NCBI RefSeq assembly: GCF_021028975.2
Contig: NC_059437.1
Location: 37,401,507 to 37,450,000 of the forward strand
Length of the DNA: 48,494 nt
Direction of reading: 5' to 3'
DNA from: Sphaerodactylus townsendi
Lineage: Eukaryota
The translations under genes were made by a program, and so were the position numbers. Position 1 is the stretch's first letter. Each line of letters opens with the position of its first letter. The notes beneath the pieces are model-generated. The model did no database searches and was not told the DNA's origin. It worked only from the letters and a program-made list of their open reading frames with translations. This document shows, in pieces, positions 35,885-48,494 of the stretch.

Positions 35885-38365
35885 CCAGCCCTGATCCTGT
35901 TTCTTTAATGCCAGTAGACAGGTGCTTACAGGTGAACAATTTTAGCTTCATGCCAAGAAACAGGTGCATCTGGCACCTTCTAAAGGAAAAGTCTAGGCCA
36001 TGTGGGGGTGCTCTTTCTGTACTTCTGGTTGCCTGTTTAAAATAGACTTGTCCATCTTCACACAGCTCTTTGGAAATAGCTGTATGTAGAAGTCCCTATA
36101 ATAGTTCATCAGTCGTCTGGCTAAGTAGACCAGATGCCAAGGACCAGAGGGCTTCTACACCTTCTGCAGATGTGTAAAAGAGAAAATTTCAGGTGTCACC
36201 TTTTTTTTTAAATCCCAAACCTGTGCTAATAGGATTGCAAGCTGGTCTGATTTAAAAAATATATTCTGTGCCTTGAATAAGTATGGAAATGGATGGTGAA
36301 ACTTTTCATGGCATGGAGGTAATTAACATCATCTGGTAAATAATAGCTCATTAAGCTCTATTAAAGGAATGCTGCCTTTTTTCCTCCAGATATTTGGCAG
36401 CCCTAAGTATAGGCTGCACCATATAAGTGAGCCTATTAGTCTTGCCAATTATTCAGGCAGCAGTTCTGAAAGATGTTTTAATGCACTTGTAAGTCTCTGG
36501 GTGGAGGGCACGACATTCCTCTCCGTTCCTCTCTGAGACACAGGAGTGAATGTCTTTTCTGAAGCTGTACCAACTGTGACATGAGTGTGCATCTTCTGCA
36601 AAATAGAGGAAGAATTATTCTTCCTTTCAAAATTATTGTTTTTGTGACATGAAAATGTATGCAGACAATTACGCTCACATGATTGACCTGCAAAGATTTT
36701 TTTAAACCATGGCTGGAACCTTGCTGACCTCCTTTAAAGCAGTTTGTCTACTTCTTGCCCTGTATTTACCAGTTCCACGTGGCACTCTCAAGCAGCTTTC
36801 ACAACTAAGGCGGTTCATTTCCCAGGTTTTCATGAATTCAGAACTTTGTAGAATGAATCTTGATGATAACCACAGAGGGGAATTACTGCAGATAATAACT
36901 AGAAGAGAACCTGGAAGTTCTATGAATGCATTGACAGAATTTATTTGCGGGGGCCGGGGGGGAGGGGGAGCACTGGTTTTCATTGGGACTTAATTTAATA
37001 TTATTTATTTTATCAAATATAACATCTCACCCTATCCCAACACAAGGCAGGGATTAATATGCAGCCCCACCTATTATATGTGAGGCAAATAACACAGGCA
37101 AATAACAGGTATGGGGAGAGTTGAAGACAGAAGAATGGGGGGGGGGGTTAATCCTTTTCTTCCAAAATGTAGTCTAAAACTACACTGAGGGGCCCAGTAG
37201 ACCAATTGATACCCATTATGGAAAAAATGTCCTGAAAATCTATTTAAAAGTAATCCAGTCTAACTAGAGGAAGCAAGTTGCTTCCAAAATATCTGCATTG
37301 AGAGCTCAGGTTCAGCCCTGGAACTAGGGGTTGCCAGATGTTCCCACAGCCCTTTGAACAGGTGTTTGATTTGCAGGCATGAACAGGTAGAGTTGTTCAG
37401 AGAACTGTGCCTGCATAAAACACCTACTCATCTATAGTACCTTTTATTTTGCTTTGAAACACTACCACCACACACTCACCCCAGTCAGTTCATCCCTCAG
37501 AAGAAAAGTTTCACCGTTTGTAGGAAAAACTTTCTGCCTACCGTGAGATCCAGACAATTCCCAACAGGTGGAACGCAGGAGAGACCATTGGATAAAATGT
37601 GCCTTTGTGCTAAGTCTCTCTCTTCAAGGAAACTGATCTAGGCAGGTACCTGGCAAAGTCTTCACTTTCTCCAGGAAGTGTGTTGTGTGTCACCATAGTC
37701 ACATGACAAAAGCTGAAGAAAAGTTCCCCCCTCCTTGCTTTGGCATTATTGATAGAACTGGCAAGAGACAGTTTGTAAATAAGAGTTTAGTTACTTATTA
37801 AGGATCTCCTCTGTAACTGGACATATGGAAATTCAACAAATGAAACATTTCTTGCGCTGGAAAACAATGATGGGGGGATAAAATCAGAAGATCTGTTTGC
37901 CATGTAACTATTAAAGCACAGGAGCCGCATCATGAAAAAATATTTGGCAGCTCTACTTTTTTTTCTAGAAATCAGCATGACAATTGCAAAATAATTTACT
38001 TGGATGGGAGTCTCACATAAACTAATGGAGTTCCTTTCTGAGTCAACCTAGATTGACATGGGATGTAAATTGGGTTGAGTTACCTTTATATGCTCCAGCG
38101 CTACATGTAGCAGGCCATTCTTTCAAAAACAGCATATGAAGTGGCTTTACACCAACTCAGATCGTCTTGTTTAATACCATCTGCTCTGACCTGGGTTTCC
38201 AATAAACCAAGAGAAAAAAGGACATCCTGTCACTTTAAAAAAAAGTCATAACAGGTTGCTACTTAACAGGCAACCTTATTTACCTCCATGAAATGAAAAG
38301 CTTCAATTGCCCATTTAGGAACATTAAGCCTTGAATATAGAGGCAGTATATTTATTCCTCTAGGG

Positions 38366-38496
38366 CAGGTGTCAAACTCACGCCCCTCCAGATGTTATGG
38401 ACTACAGCTCCCATCATCCCCTGCCAGCATGATGCTGGCAGGGGATGATGGGAGCTGTAGTCCATAACATCTGGAGGGTTGTGAGTTTGACACCTG
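38366..38496. mobile_element. Near-perfect palindromic MITE
   Basis: 65-bp arms around a 1-nt centre with 2 mismatches; the core is shared with 20657-20800. Confidence 0.88.
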
Positions 38497-40274
38497 TGTG
38501 GCTCTGGAACCCTAAATCTGCCTGCCTGGCAGCTGCTTGTGGCCAGCGAAAGGTATTCACTATGCCTGCTATTTGAAATCCTTTAACTGGAGATACCTGG
38601 GCCTTCCATCGAGGTATGGCTCAACATGAATCAAGTGCAGTCAACATGAATTAATCAAGTGGAGTAATATTTCCCAGCTGGGATAGCTTGCACCTGTACA
38701 TTCTGTGCATTCGGATGCTATTAAGAACACTGGAGCAGAACCCAAACCAAAAAGCTGGCATCCTTCCAAAGCACTTCAACATGTTTACATTAAAAAAAAC
38801 ACCCTCAAATCCTTTCTGCTGGTTGTAAGAATTCAGACTGTAGCACTTGGAAAAGAATACCAAGTGATAAGCAGTACACACAGATATTTCCATAATAGGA
38901 AAGGCCTGTTCTGAGGGCTGTCCCTAAGAGACGGTGTTCAGCTGTGAATGTCATTCTTGTTCAAGTTGTCAAAAATTCTGTACATTCAACATCTCCATCA
39001 GGTGGATATCCAGTGGGTGAAGCTTTCCCCTAGTGTGAAGGTGTTGCACAGCAGCTTAAGTTTTTCCCCAGGCAGGCAGGACTCTGTGCTTTTAACAACT
39101 TCACCATAAAATGGCAGCATTTTCTGGCGCAGCAAGACTTTTCCTGTTGATTTTCTGCCTAGCTGCAGCATAAAAGCAACAGGGGCCTTGACACAGGAGG
39201 GGAAGGCAGCAAGCAGAGAATGGAATGTTCCCTGTGTAGGGGGAAGGTTAGCTTCTGCAGTATCCCATCAGCAGTGGAATATAATCTTGGTAATCCAATG
39301 CGGAAAAACAGGAGGCCAGGGAAGGGAACACAAAAATTTAAGCAAGATTGTTTCCTTGTATGGATCACTTATTGAGTGACTGGTACTTGCAGACCTAGCT
39401 CGGTGGAATCTCTGATCCATTAAAGGATAAAGAACAAAACAAGCCTATAATTGAGGCCAGCCTGGAGAAAGCCTGTATTGCTCGCTGGGTTAACTGCTTT
39501 TAACTATGCAACACTCAAGAACAGAAAACTGGGTTCCCTCTGTGCTGGATTCACTATGAGGCTTAGACAAGTGGTGTTGCCAACTGCCTGGTGGCAAAAA
39601 ATGTTTTGTTCCTTAATAGTGTTGAAATGTGTAGAAATGGGCAGCCCAAGCTTTTCATGGCATGGAAGTTAACAATGTCACCAGCAGGCAAGCAACATCC
39701 TATTAAATCTCTATTGAAGGCATAGGACTTGTTTTCTGGAAGGAGTTGGCAATCACAGTTCTGAATGAGTCACCCGACTTCCTCCCATGCACGTAAAACC
39801 ATCCCGATGCCTGGCTGCCTGCTGCCAGTGGTCAGGCATTTGACTCACAAGCTTCTAAGAAAACTGGCAAAACCAGTTTAAAAGTACTTAAATGGAATCT
39901 CTTCCGCACAGACAAGTGCAACACCCTTCTGACATTCTTGGGGTTAGGCGTGGCCATATTTGTCCATTTATTCCACAAAACAGTATCACAGCAGTCTCCC
40001 CTCTCTGAGGGACAAACCACAAGCAGTAACACCCACTGCCTTTGGAGAAATGTCATTCTCATGCACAGGATGACAGGCTGGTGTTGAAGCACAAAGCCAG
40101 ACTCTTGCGATCTATTGAATATCTAGGATAGTCTTGTCTGCTCCTGGGCCTTTGTCAACCAGGTATGCAGAAACCAGCCAGTGGAAGCTTTGCTACGCAT
40201 GGAGGCAAGCATCTGGCAATGTGATGTTATTGCTAAAGACACAAGTGCAGGGTCAATAAATGAGTTTATTCATA

Positions 40275-40561
40275 GAAGAAGAAGAAGAATTTGGATTTAT
40301 ATCCCCCCTTTTTCTCCTGTAGGAGACTCAAAGGAGCTTACAATCTCCTTGCCCTTCCCCCCTCACAACAAACACCCTGTGAAGTGGGTGGGGCTGGGAG
40401 AGCTCCGAAAAGCTGTGACTAGCCCAAGGTCACCCAGCTGGCATGTGTGGGAGTGCACAGGCTAATCTGAATTCCCCAGATAAGCCTCCACAACTCAAGC
40501 GGCAGAGCTGGGAATCAAACCCGGTTCCTCCAGATCAGAATGTACCTGCTCTTAGCCACTG
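40275..40561 (-). mobile_element. tRNA-derived SINE with (TTC)n tail
   Basis: Direct similarity to 9234-9548. Confidence 0.8.
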
Positions 40562-42439
40562 TGAGAAATGTGGCAAAAATGTTGGAGTAGGCACTGGGAA
40601 ACTCAAGCGCTAATCTTTCCTCTGCCGTTAAGGTTGCAAGCCTCCAGGCGGTGGCTGGAGATCTCCTGCTATTACAGCTAATCTTCAGAAGACAGAGATC
40701 GGTTCCCCTGGAGAAAATGGCCGCTTTGAAAGGTGCAACCTATGACATTAAATCCCATTGAAGTTCCTCCCCCCCCCAAACCCCCCCCCCCCCCCGTCCT
40801 CAGGATCCACCCTGAAAATCTCCAGGTAATTCCCAACTCTATCTGCCAGCTTGCTGGGTGACTTTGGGTCAATCACTCTCTCTCAGACTAACCTACTTCA
40901 CTGGCTTGTTGTTGTAAGGAGAAAATGAAGAAAGGGAAAATGTTTAGGTCACTTTGGAGCCCCACTGAAGAACAAAGTAAGGTATAAACAAACATTTGTA
41001 CTGCTATTGCCTCTGTGCTTTCACCAGAAACTTGACATATAAAACCAGAGGATTTTTTTCTGGCATGGAGCAAAAATTTTGGGAAAGGAACAAATCCTGT
41101 TGTTTTTTTTAAAGGAGCCATGTTTAGATGTGAAGTCTTACTTACCAAAAGTTTGTTTCTGCTTCACAGATACTCATTTTCGGATTACTTGGTATTGTGT
41201 TGGCTGCTAAAATACTTTCTTTTTTTTAAGTGACAAAATTCACTCAGAACAAAAACATGAAAGGGGGGAACATGCTATATAATTTCCATTCCATATATGA
41301 TAATATAGTATATGCTAAGTAGGCTGTGGCCAAATTTCATTCCAGGCCACTGGAAACCTGCGAGTGGCCCTGCAGGTGCCACAGAACCTGACTATGACAG
41401 GCAAGGAAAGCAAAACCATCCAGCCAGCCTACTTGGGCAATGTGTACAAGGCAGAAGCAAAAACCACTGGGAACACCGAGCAATTTCCTTTGCTTAAATA
41501 GCTGCTTCTTGAGATACTCAACTCCCCTCCCCTTTCCAAAGAATCACGGAAGGGGGAGCTGGTGCTCTCTGGCCCCCCCACCATCTCTCCCTTTTTAAGG
41601 TCATTCAAGTACACAAGAGTAAGACAAAAATAGAGCTTTATTTGAAGAGCAAATGCAACTGGAGACACCGGCCTGCCCTCATTTGGGGGCACATGTGGTG
41701 ACAGAAGTAGGGGAGATGAGCTTCACCACCATCACAAATGGCACAATACATATTTATTTATTGGGGGGGGGGGTATTTATGATTTAAGAAACAGAATGGA
41801 TACAATCCTGGAAGAGTCCTCCAACACTCTGCCTCATTCTCCTAATTCCTCAATGATGGCCATTCCCATCATACCTCAGGTGCTTTTGGGATTAAGGGAG
41901 ACAGTTCCACACGGCTTTCTGCTACTCTACAAATCTAGTGAGTGACCAGAAGGCTAAACTCCCATGCAGGTGCTTTGGGGAGGAGGTTGTCCGATTGTCC
42001 CCCTCCTATGGCCATCCAAAAAACCAAACAGTACAGTAAAAATGGACATCGAAGAATCACTGATAATTAATTCCTCAGCAAAGTTGTATTTCTGGTCTTC
42101 AACAGGCTGGTTTTACTGCTGTGGCCAATTATTGTCCTTTTATCCAGCAAAGATACTATGGTGCCCACAGCCAGTGGCTAATTATGGGCAACAAAATGGG
42201 AAATGGACAAATTCCTCTCCCACCCACACACAGAGTGTTCACGTGTAACTGCTATCCTCATTTCAATAAGGCTTGTGTGGGAGACCTACTTTGTGCATAA
42301 GACCTCATGTTAACTATTGAGAAGGGGTGCTATTTGTTTTTATGGGTTCTTTGCCTGAAAGCATTAAAATGGCTCAGGCAACCTTCCCAGGTTCTTAGAA
42401 AACAGTGAACTGAATACTGGCAAAAACATTTGTCTCTTA

Positions 42440-42931
42440 GGCCATTTCTGCACAGCCAAATAACTGTGCCCTAGGGACAGAAAAAACTTCATCCCTAGGG
42501 TGCTGTTCACACAGGAGGTGCAGCTGCATTGCTGTCCTGGCCGCCCCCGAGCGGCACAAAGGCGCCGTTTTCAAACCTCGCTCAATGAGTGAGGTTTTTG
42601 AAATGCAGTGCCTTTCCGCTGGCACCAGCACCAGCGGGAAGACACTGCTTTTCCTGTTCCCTCCACTCACCTTCCTGTCCATCGCTGCTCTGGAGGGCTG
42701 GAGGAACATGCCCATGCTGCCCTCCAACCCCTGGAGGTCGGAGGCCAGCATGGACGTGTCCCTCCAGCCCTCCAGAGCAGCGCTGGACAGAAAGGTGAGT
42801 GGAGGGGGCCGAACCAGAGCTGGGTAGAAAGTCGGGGCCACTCGCACAATAGCATGTGAACGGTCCCCAAGCCTCCACCGGCATAATTTATGCCGGTGGA
42901 GCTGTGTTTCCGCCACCGTGCAGAAACAGCC
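42440..42931. mobile_element. PIF/Harbinger-like non-autonomous element with an internal hairpin
   Basis: TIRs GGCCATTTCTGCACAG / CCGTGCAGAAACAGCC; TTA TSD on both sides; internal inverted repeat at ~42660-42805. Confidence 0.72.
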
Positions 42932-45244
42932 TTACTGTAGACATCATTGTTGAACATAATAGTGGCTGACCATACAACAGCCATCTGCTTGTCTAATGGT
43001 TCTTAGTCCTAAACTAGAATGACACGGCTGGGTCAGTTCATCCATGGTTTTCCCTAAAACTCATACACCTACCACCCACCCCATTTTTGAAAGCTACATG
43101 AGCACTGACCCCCTCCCCTATAACACAAATGGATGGGTGTCCTCCCAGCATGTCAGGTAGTCATTTGGCCACATAATGATGGCAAGCCCATATCAGTGAA
43201 GTTTCCAAACATCTATTTGGGGAAAATGTAATGTGTGAAACAGTTTGGGGCCAAAAGTGGAAAATGAGAAGACAGCTTTAAAAGGCAATTCTAAACCTGC
43301 AGCTAAATCATATGATTCAGAGTTACATTTCAAACAGCAGGTAGGCAGGAGGGAGCTGTGTGTTTGAACTGCCTCCTGTGTTTGCGTGGAATACCTCCTT
43401 GCATGTAGAAACTAGCATGTCAGGAAGGAGACTGAAAGCCATTCCCTGACATGCTAACGTTTGTGATCTGGATTCAAATGTGAAGTTCACATCAGCAGAA
43501 TGAAATGGCTTAAGCCAAAAAAATTGATTACTCTGCACGTGTAGATCAGCCCTCGTTATTTTAAAATGTGTTGTATCCTGCCACACATATAAACATACAG
43601 CCACACACCCTGATATTATTTCACCCTTCCAAAAATAATACTGACAAAATTCCACCACACCAGTGGGTTGAAGAGACGCCCTTTGAAAGAAGATGGCAGT
43701 CAACAATCTTGGCGGGGAGGGGGAAAATGGACCTATAATACATTTATCCAAACCTCAAAATCTCCAGTCACCCAACAATCACACAAAGGCAGGCGTCTTA
43801 CAGATTCCATTCTGGGAAGGAAGCAAAACATGGAAGTACACTTAAAAATTCCACACCAAATGGTAAAAGCACCCACAATTACACAGCCCACGGGGCTGCT
43901 GTGCTCTGTCCAGCAGAGCAAAACAGTGGAACAATAATTACCCCAAGGTGGCTGGAGGCGCAAGCCAGCCATCCAAGGACTACAAGGGATGTATGTGCAT
44001 GCACACATGGGCACACACAGAGACATCTAACTTACTCTGCCCAGCAAAGGCGAACATATAAACAGATACATTGCACTAGACTCCCCACCTGGCAGATGGC
44101 AGAAGTGAGCAGGAACAGAGACCCCCAAATATGTGCAATTTTTCATCGACCTGGGCATGTTCCAACAGGGGCGTTTCTCCACACAGGTGGTTCAGTGCTT
44201 CAATATTAAATAGGATGGCAAGGGAGCAGCACCCTGAGCACTGAAACCGTGATTCCTTCAGGCTGTGGCATGAGCCGGTGGAGAAAGCAACCAGGATGGG
44301 TACAGCTGCCGCACAGCTTACAGGAGTCAAAGGTATAAGCCAGCACCTCTGACTCCTGACATTTAATCTCCTGACATTTAATCTCTTCCCCTTCCCAAGA
44401 AAACCCTGTTGCCACAGTCTTAACTGTAATGGCTAACCTCATGTCAGCGACCCCTCTAGAAAGCAGCAAGAAAAGGCGTGCTGACCATGGCAGGTTAATT
44501 CTGTGCCTTTAAGTAGTGCCTTTCCTTGGAAAGAACATTTTGGCCAATTAAGTAAAACCTCCCCCCTTCCCACTGACAATCCAAACTTGTTTTGTAAATC
44601 CTTAGCTCTGGACAGTGACAGAAGGAAGAGGTGGGCACCTCTATCATTCCAACATGCTATCCCTGAGAAGGAAGCTGGGAATGCTGTCGGGGGGGTGGGG
44701 GGGGGAGAAAACTAGCATGCCAAGAAGTATAGGCTAGAGCTCTCCTCCCTGACAGGCTAGTATTTCATAGGAAGGGAAGGGTTTTTTTTTTAAAAAAAAA
44801 GCACGGGGGAGAATTCAAACATGCTGCAGCAGGCAGAGGAAGCCTCTGTCCAGAGCTCTCTTACTCTTGGGGTAGCACAACTTGGAGGTTAAATATTTGG
44901 GGAGGCTAAATCCTCCCAACACTCTTCTAGCTGCTAATGAGCACTGCCCTCTCTTCTGCAGGCTTTAAAGGTGGCTAACAGACAGGCAACAGATGTGTGT
45001 GTGCTTGAATGGAGCTCAGGTTGGGTTTAAGATGACAATGGCTGAGGAAAAAGAAGTCACCTGTGGGGGCTCTGCCCTTGCCCGAGGCCTCGTTTAAACT
45101 GGGACACTACCTGTGTAAAGGCAGTGCCCTATTTGAATACAAAGCCCTGCGAGAGAGCGCTTTTGCCTCAGCGGCTGTCCCATTTCAGTCACTGCTGAGC
45201 AGTCACAGTTCCAGCAACCTCTTGAGCCGGACAAGAGTCCCAGA

Positions 45245-48151
45245 TTATTCTTGCTTGTCTCGCCTGCCCAATGAACGCCAGCAGTTGGCTATGCGGTCAC
45301 AGTGATGGTACATGAAGACCCCCGAGAGGGTGAGGGCAATGCCCACATAGCCGAGCAAGGTCAGATGGCTCCCGAAGAGCACGTGAGAGAGCAGCAGGTT
45401 CCCCACAATGTTGAAGTTCCCAAGGATGTGGATGGTGAGGGCAGAAGTCAGAGAGATGACGCAGAAGCTGGACAGGTTGTAGAGCACCGAGCCCAGACAG
45501 CTGAACAGGATGCACAGCCAGAGGCTGCTGCTGGAGGCCAACGTGCCATCCCAGGAGGGGCCGACTTCCAGCAAGAGGGCCGCTGTGAAGAGGATATAGA
45601 AACTGGGCAAGGAGGTCAGGCACAGCAGAGTCGGACAGTCCATTCGTTCCTCCTGGAGCAGGGTACCTGTGGACAAGACCAGAAGAGTATAGTGATTAGA
45701 ACAGGGGTGTCCAACCCTGGCCCTCCAGATGCTCATGGACTACAATTCCAGTCTGCTCCTGCTGGCACTGTCAGGGGCTGATGGGAATTGTAGTCCACGA
45801 ACATCTGTAAGACCAGGATTAGACACCCTTGGATTACAGCTTTTGAATAGGACAGAGACATCTGGTTTCAAACCCCTGCTTACGTATTCCTGGACTCGGG
45901 GGGGGGGGGCTCTACATGGTTCTACAATTCACAAGCACAATTCACAAGCACAATTCACACCCACAGTGACTCAATGAAGCAGGCAGGCAGTCTCTCCTCC
46001 CTGTCCTAACACTAGAGGCATAGCAAGGCAGGAAAGCGCCCGGTGCACCGGTGTGTTCTCCGTCCCCGCCCCACCACACCTCCACCCCGCTCCGGAACAT
46101 CCCTGCCACGCCCCCAGAACGCCCTCGCCACGCCCCCACAGGGGTGCGTGCCCGGTGCATCGCACATCCCCCTGTCCCCTTGGGAGCTACGCCTCTGCCT
46201 AGCATACCTTGCTAGGTTGCTGTGAGGATAACATGGGGGAGGAGTAGGCCATGGGTGCTACCATGAGCTCTCTGCAGGAAGAGAAATAAAGTTCTGTTGA
46301 GCTGCAACGACTCATGGTGACCCCTTCCATAGGGCATTCCAGGCAAGAGGGAAGCAGAAGTGTTCTGCCATTGCCTTCCTCTGAGTAGCAACCCCAGTCT
46401 TCCTTGGTGGTCTCCCATCCAAATACTAACCGTGGACAATCCTGCTTAGCTTCCATGCTCTCAAGAGATGGAGGCTAAGCTGGGCTATTCAGGCTGTTCC
46501 CTTAGAGGAAGGGTGGGGAAAGATCAGGGTGGGGCAAAGATCGATAGGAAGACTGCTAGGGACCGGTTCTGAGGACCCAAGTGGGTACATGTCCTACCAA
46601 AATCATGCTAAGTCTGGGGCAGGAGAGGGGGAAAGGAGGTTATTTTCACAAGACACACTGTGTTGGAATGCACACAACGCAGGGCTGCAGCTTCTCCATA
46701 AACTTTAAAAATAGGGAACAAACTGAGCACACTCCCTTCCCAAGACAACAGACAGGTGATGCATTAAGTATTTCTCCCTGCAGTTTTACAGGAATCATTA
46801 CCCTTCTTTCTATGTCATAATGAGACGAAAAGAAGTGATTCAAACCCTGGAGGTAGAAATGTAAAATGGGGGAGAGGAAACAGGCTGCTCACCCTCTGCG
46901 CTAAAATTTCCGGCCTTCAGAACTACTCAAACCTGCCTGAACTATGGACTGGGTCCAACCAGCTTTTCCACTGATGAAAAAGGAAACGGGGTCTCCTTTG
47001 ACTACCTCGAAGGGTATGTTGTGGGTTACAGGACCTGTACAGACAAAAGCCGTGTGAAATGGCGGGGGTAGTAGCAAGCAGGGGAATTAAGTGAGGCTGA
47101 GTGGGAAAAGCTGGCTAAATCCAACCCTTTGAGAATTATTTATTTTATTTTTGCTATTGATAGTCTGTCTTTCTCGCTTGGACTCAAGGCAGATTATACG
47201 GAGTGAGTCAATGCAATTGACAGATGGGCCACACAATCAATTAAGCAAAATCTCCTGTTTGCATAATTAGCATTTGTTACAGTCCATAATTTATTCAAAC
47301 TCATTACAGGCACTGCAGCTCCGCCCTTATAATTGCACTCCTCTGGTCTCTGAGACGTGACCGGGCCTTGCCACATTCTTTCAAACGTTAAGGACTAGAA
47401 ACCTGTTCCCTTTTCAAAATGAAAGCTGAGATTCTGCACATGCGATACTTCAGAAGAGCCAAAACACACTCACAGACACACACACACTCACACGGAGCCT
47501 CGGGAACGACTTACTCTGCTGAATGGATTTCAGCCCTCGGAGGAAGGTGGCAGCAAAGAGGAAGCAGCATCCGGCTTGATCAAACTGCACCTCTCCGATG
47601 ATGCTCAAGGAGGCACCCAAGCAAATGGGCCCCATAGCTGCATACTGCAGCGGGTGGTGGTGCTTCCCCAGTAGCACTTTGGAGAGGGTCAGAGTGAAGA
47701 GCGGCGTGGTGGTGTAGACCATCTGAGCAAAGTCCAGCTGGACGTAGTTGAGGCCCAAGTTCCCAAAAGCTACACTGGTGCAGAAAGTCAAGCTCAGCAG
47801 TAAAACCCGGGCTTTGGCCTCAGGACCGAGGGTAGGGTTTCCTGTCCCTCCAGCCCGGAGTTTGGCCAAAGGTCTGCCCACCACTACCGCTGACAGCATG
47901 TGCAGGGATGACAGCAGCACAGGGTACCGGAAATTGTGCACAGCGAAGATCCACTTGTTGAGGCTGGACATGGTGGTGCCAGTGGCCAGCCAGACAAGCA
48001 CGGTGGCCACGAGGGGAAGAGCATGCAGAGATGGAGGGGACGGCCTCTGCCCCCCTTGCTGCCCCGGATCTGGCTTCCAAGGAGAGCGCGGCCATGCTCC
48101 ATGGGGAGAGTTCATTCCTGCTTCATTTCTCCTCTGAGAGGGCAGGCACAT
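45245..48151 (-). CDS. SLC35E4: Solute carrier family 35 member E4, 352 aa, 2 coding exons
   Basis: Exons 48151-47515 and 45666-45245, joined in phase 1 (KSIQQ-S-TLLQEER). Motifs VWLATGTTMSSLNKWIF, AFGNLGLNYVQLDFAQMVYTTTPLFT and SVLYNLSSF..TSALTIHILGN. Two-exon structure as in mammals. Confidence 0.95.
45702..45831. mobile_element. Palindromic hAT MITE, diverged copy, in the SLC35E4 intron
   Basis: Shares CCAGATG.TCATGGACTACAATTCC..GGGAATTGTAGTCCA with the other MITE copies. Confidence 0.8.
46013..46197. mobile_element. GC-rich short hAT-like element
   Basis: Termini TAGAGGCATAGC / GCTACGCCTCTG; imperfect 8-bp TSD CCTAACAC/CCTAGCAT. Confidence 0.55.
46295..46495 (-). mobile_element. 5S-rRNA-derived SINE
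   Basis: Minus strand reads GGAAGCTAAGCAGG..GGTTAGTATTTGGATGGGAGACCACCAAGGAA. Confidence 0.7.
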
Positions 48152-48494
48152 TGGGGACGGCAGCCTCGTACAATGGGAGCGAGTTCCTTCTCAAGCAGCT
48201 TTGAGCCTGGAGATGCCCCAGATGTGAGTCACCTCCAATTATATTCCCATCTCACTGCTGCAACAGGCTTTCAATCCTCAGCTGACCTTGGTGCCCACAG
48301 AGTGATTTCGCCTCCTGTATCTTTTCCAACAGTCACTCCCAGTGACTCACCAGGATCAAGTTTCTTGCTCCAGCCTGGTGAGGCTCCCTCGCTCATTTGG
48401 AGATTTTTCTGTAAGATCTGGAACCGAAGCAGAAGAAATGGCAAAGAGCTGGAACTGGGGAACAGTCTGCTTCAAATGGAAGGCAAGCGGTCAT

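Noticed and set aside
42437-42984. Mirror-image ORFs on both strands
   Set aside because: A by-product of the internal inverted repeat of the transposon.
48390-48494. ATG at the window end as an N-terminal extension of SLC35E4
   Set aside because: Out of frame and closed by a stop; the 48151 ATG matches the recalled mammalian MC- start.

Overview
Eukaryotic (vertebrate) genomic DNA, most likely a squamate and probably a gecko, judged from its SINE, hAT and CR1/L2/RTE repeats. Most entries in the ORF track are spurious; genes were rebuilt by reading splice sites by eye. Order: two tandem fish-egg-lectin/tectonin beta-propeller genes (+), an intron-containing C5orf52 homologue (-) head-to-head with DUSP18 (+) across a CpG island, a 5-exon gene encoding a stand-alone 174-aa homologue of the synergin-gamma C-terminal domain (-), and SLC35E4 (-). 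The most notable points are the stand-alone SYNRG-C-domain gene, and the lectin pair: copy 2 has a broken signal-peptide exon and lacks the C-terminal Cys, while exons 2-3 look homogenised by gene conversion. Several hAT elements with perfect TSDs resemble horizontally transferred families (SPIN, OC1). All homology calls come from recalled sequences, not database searches.
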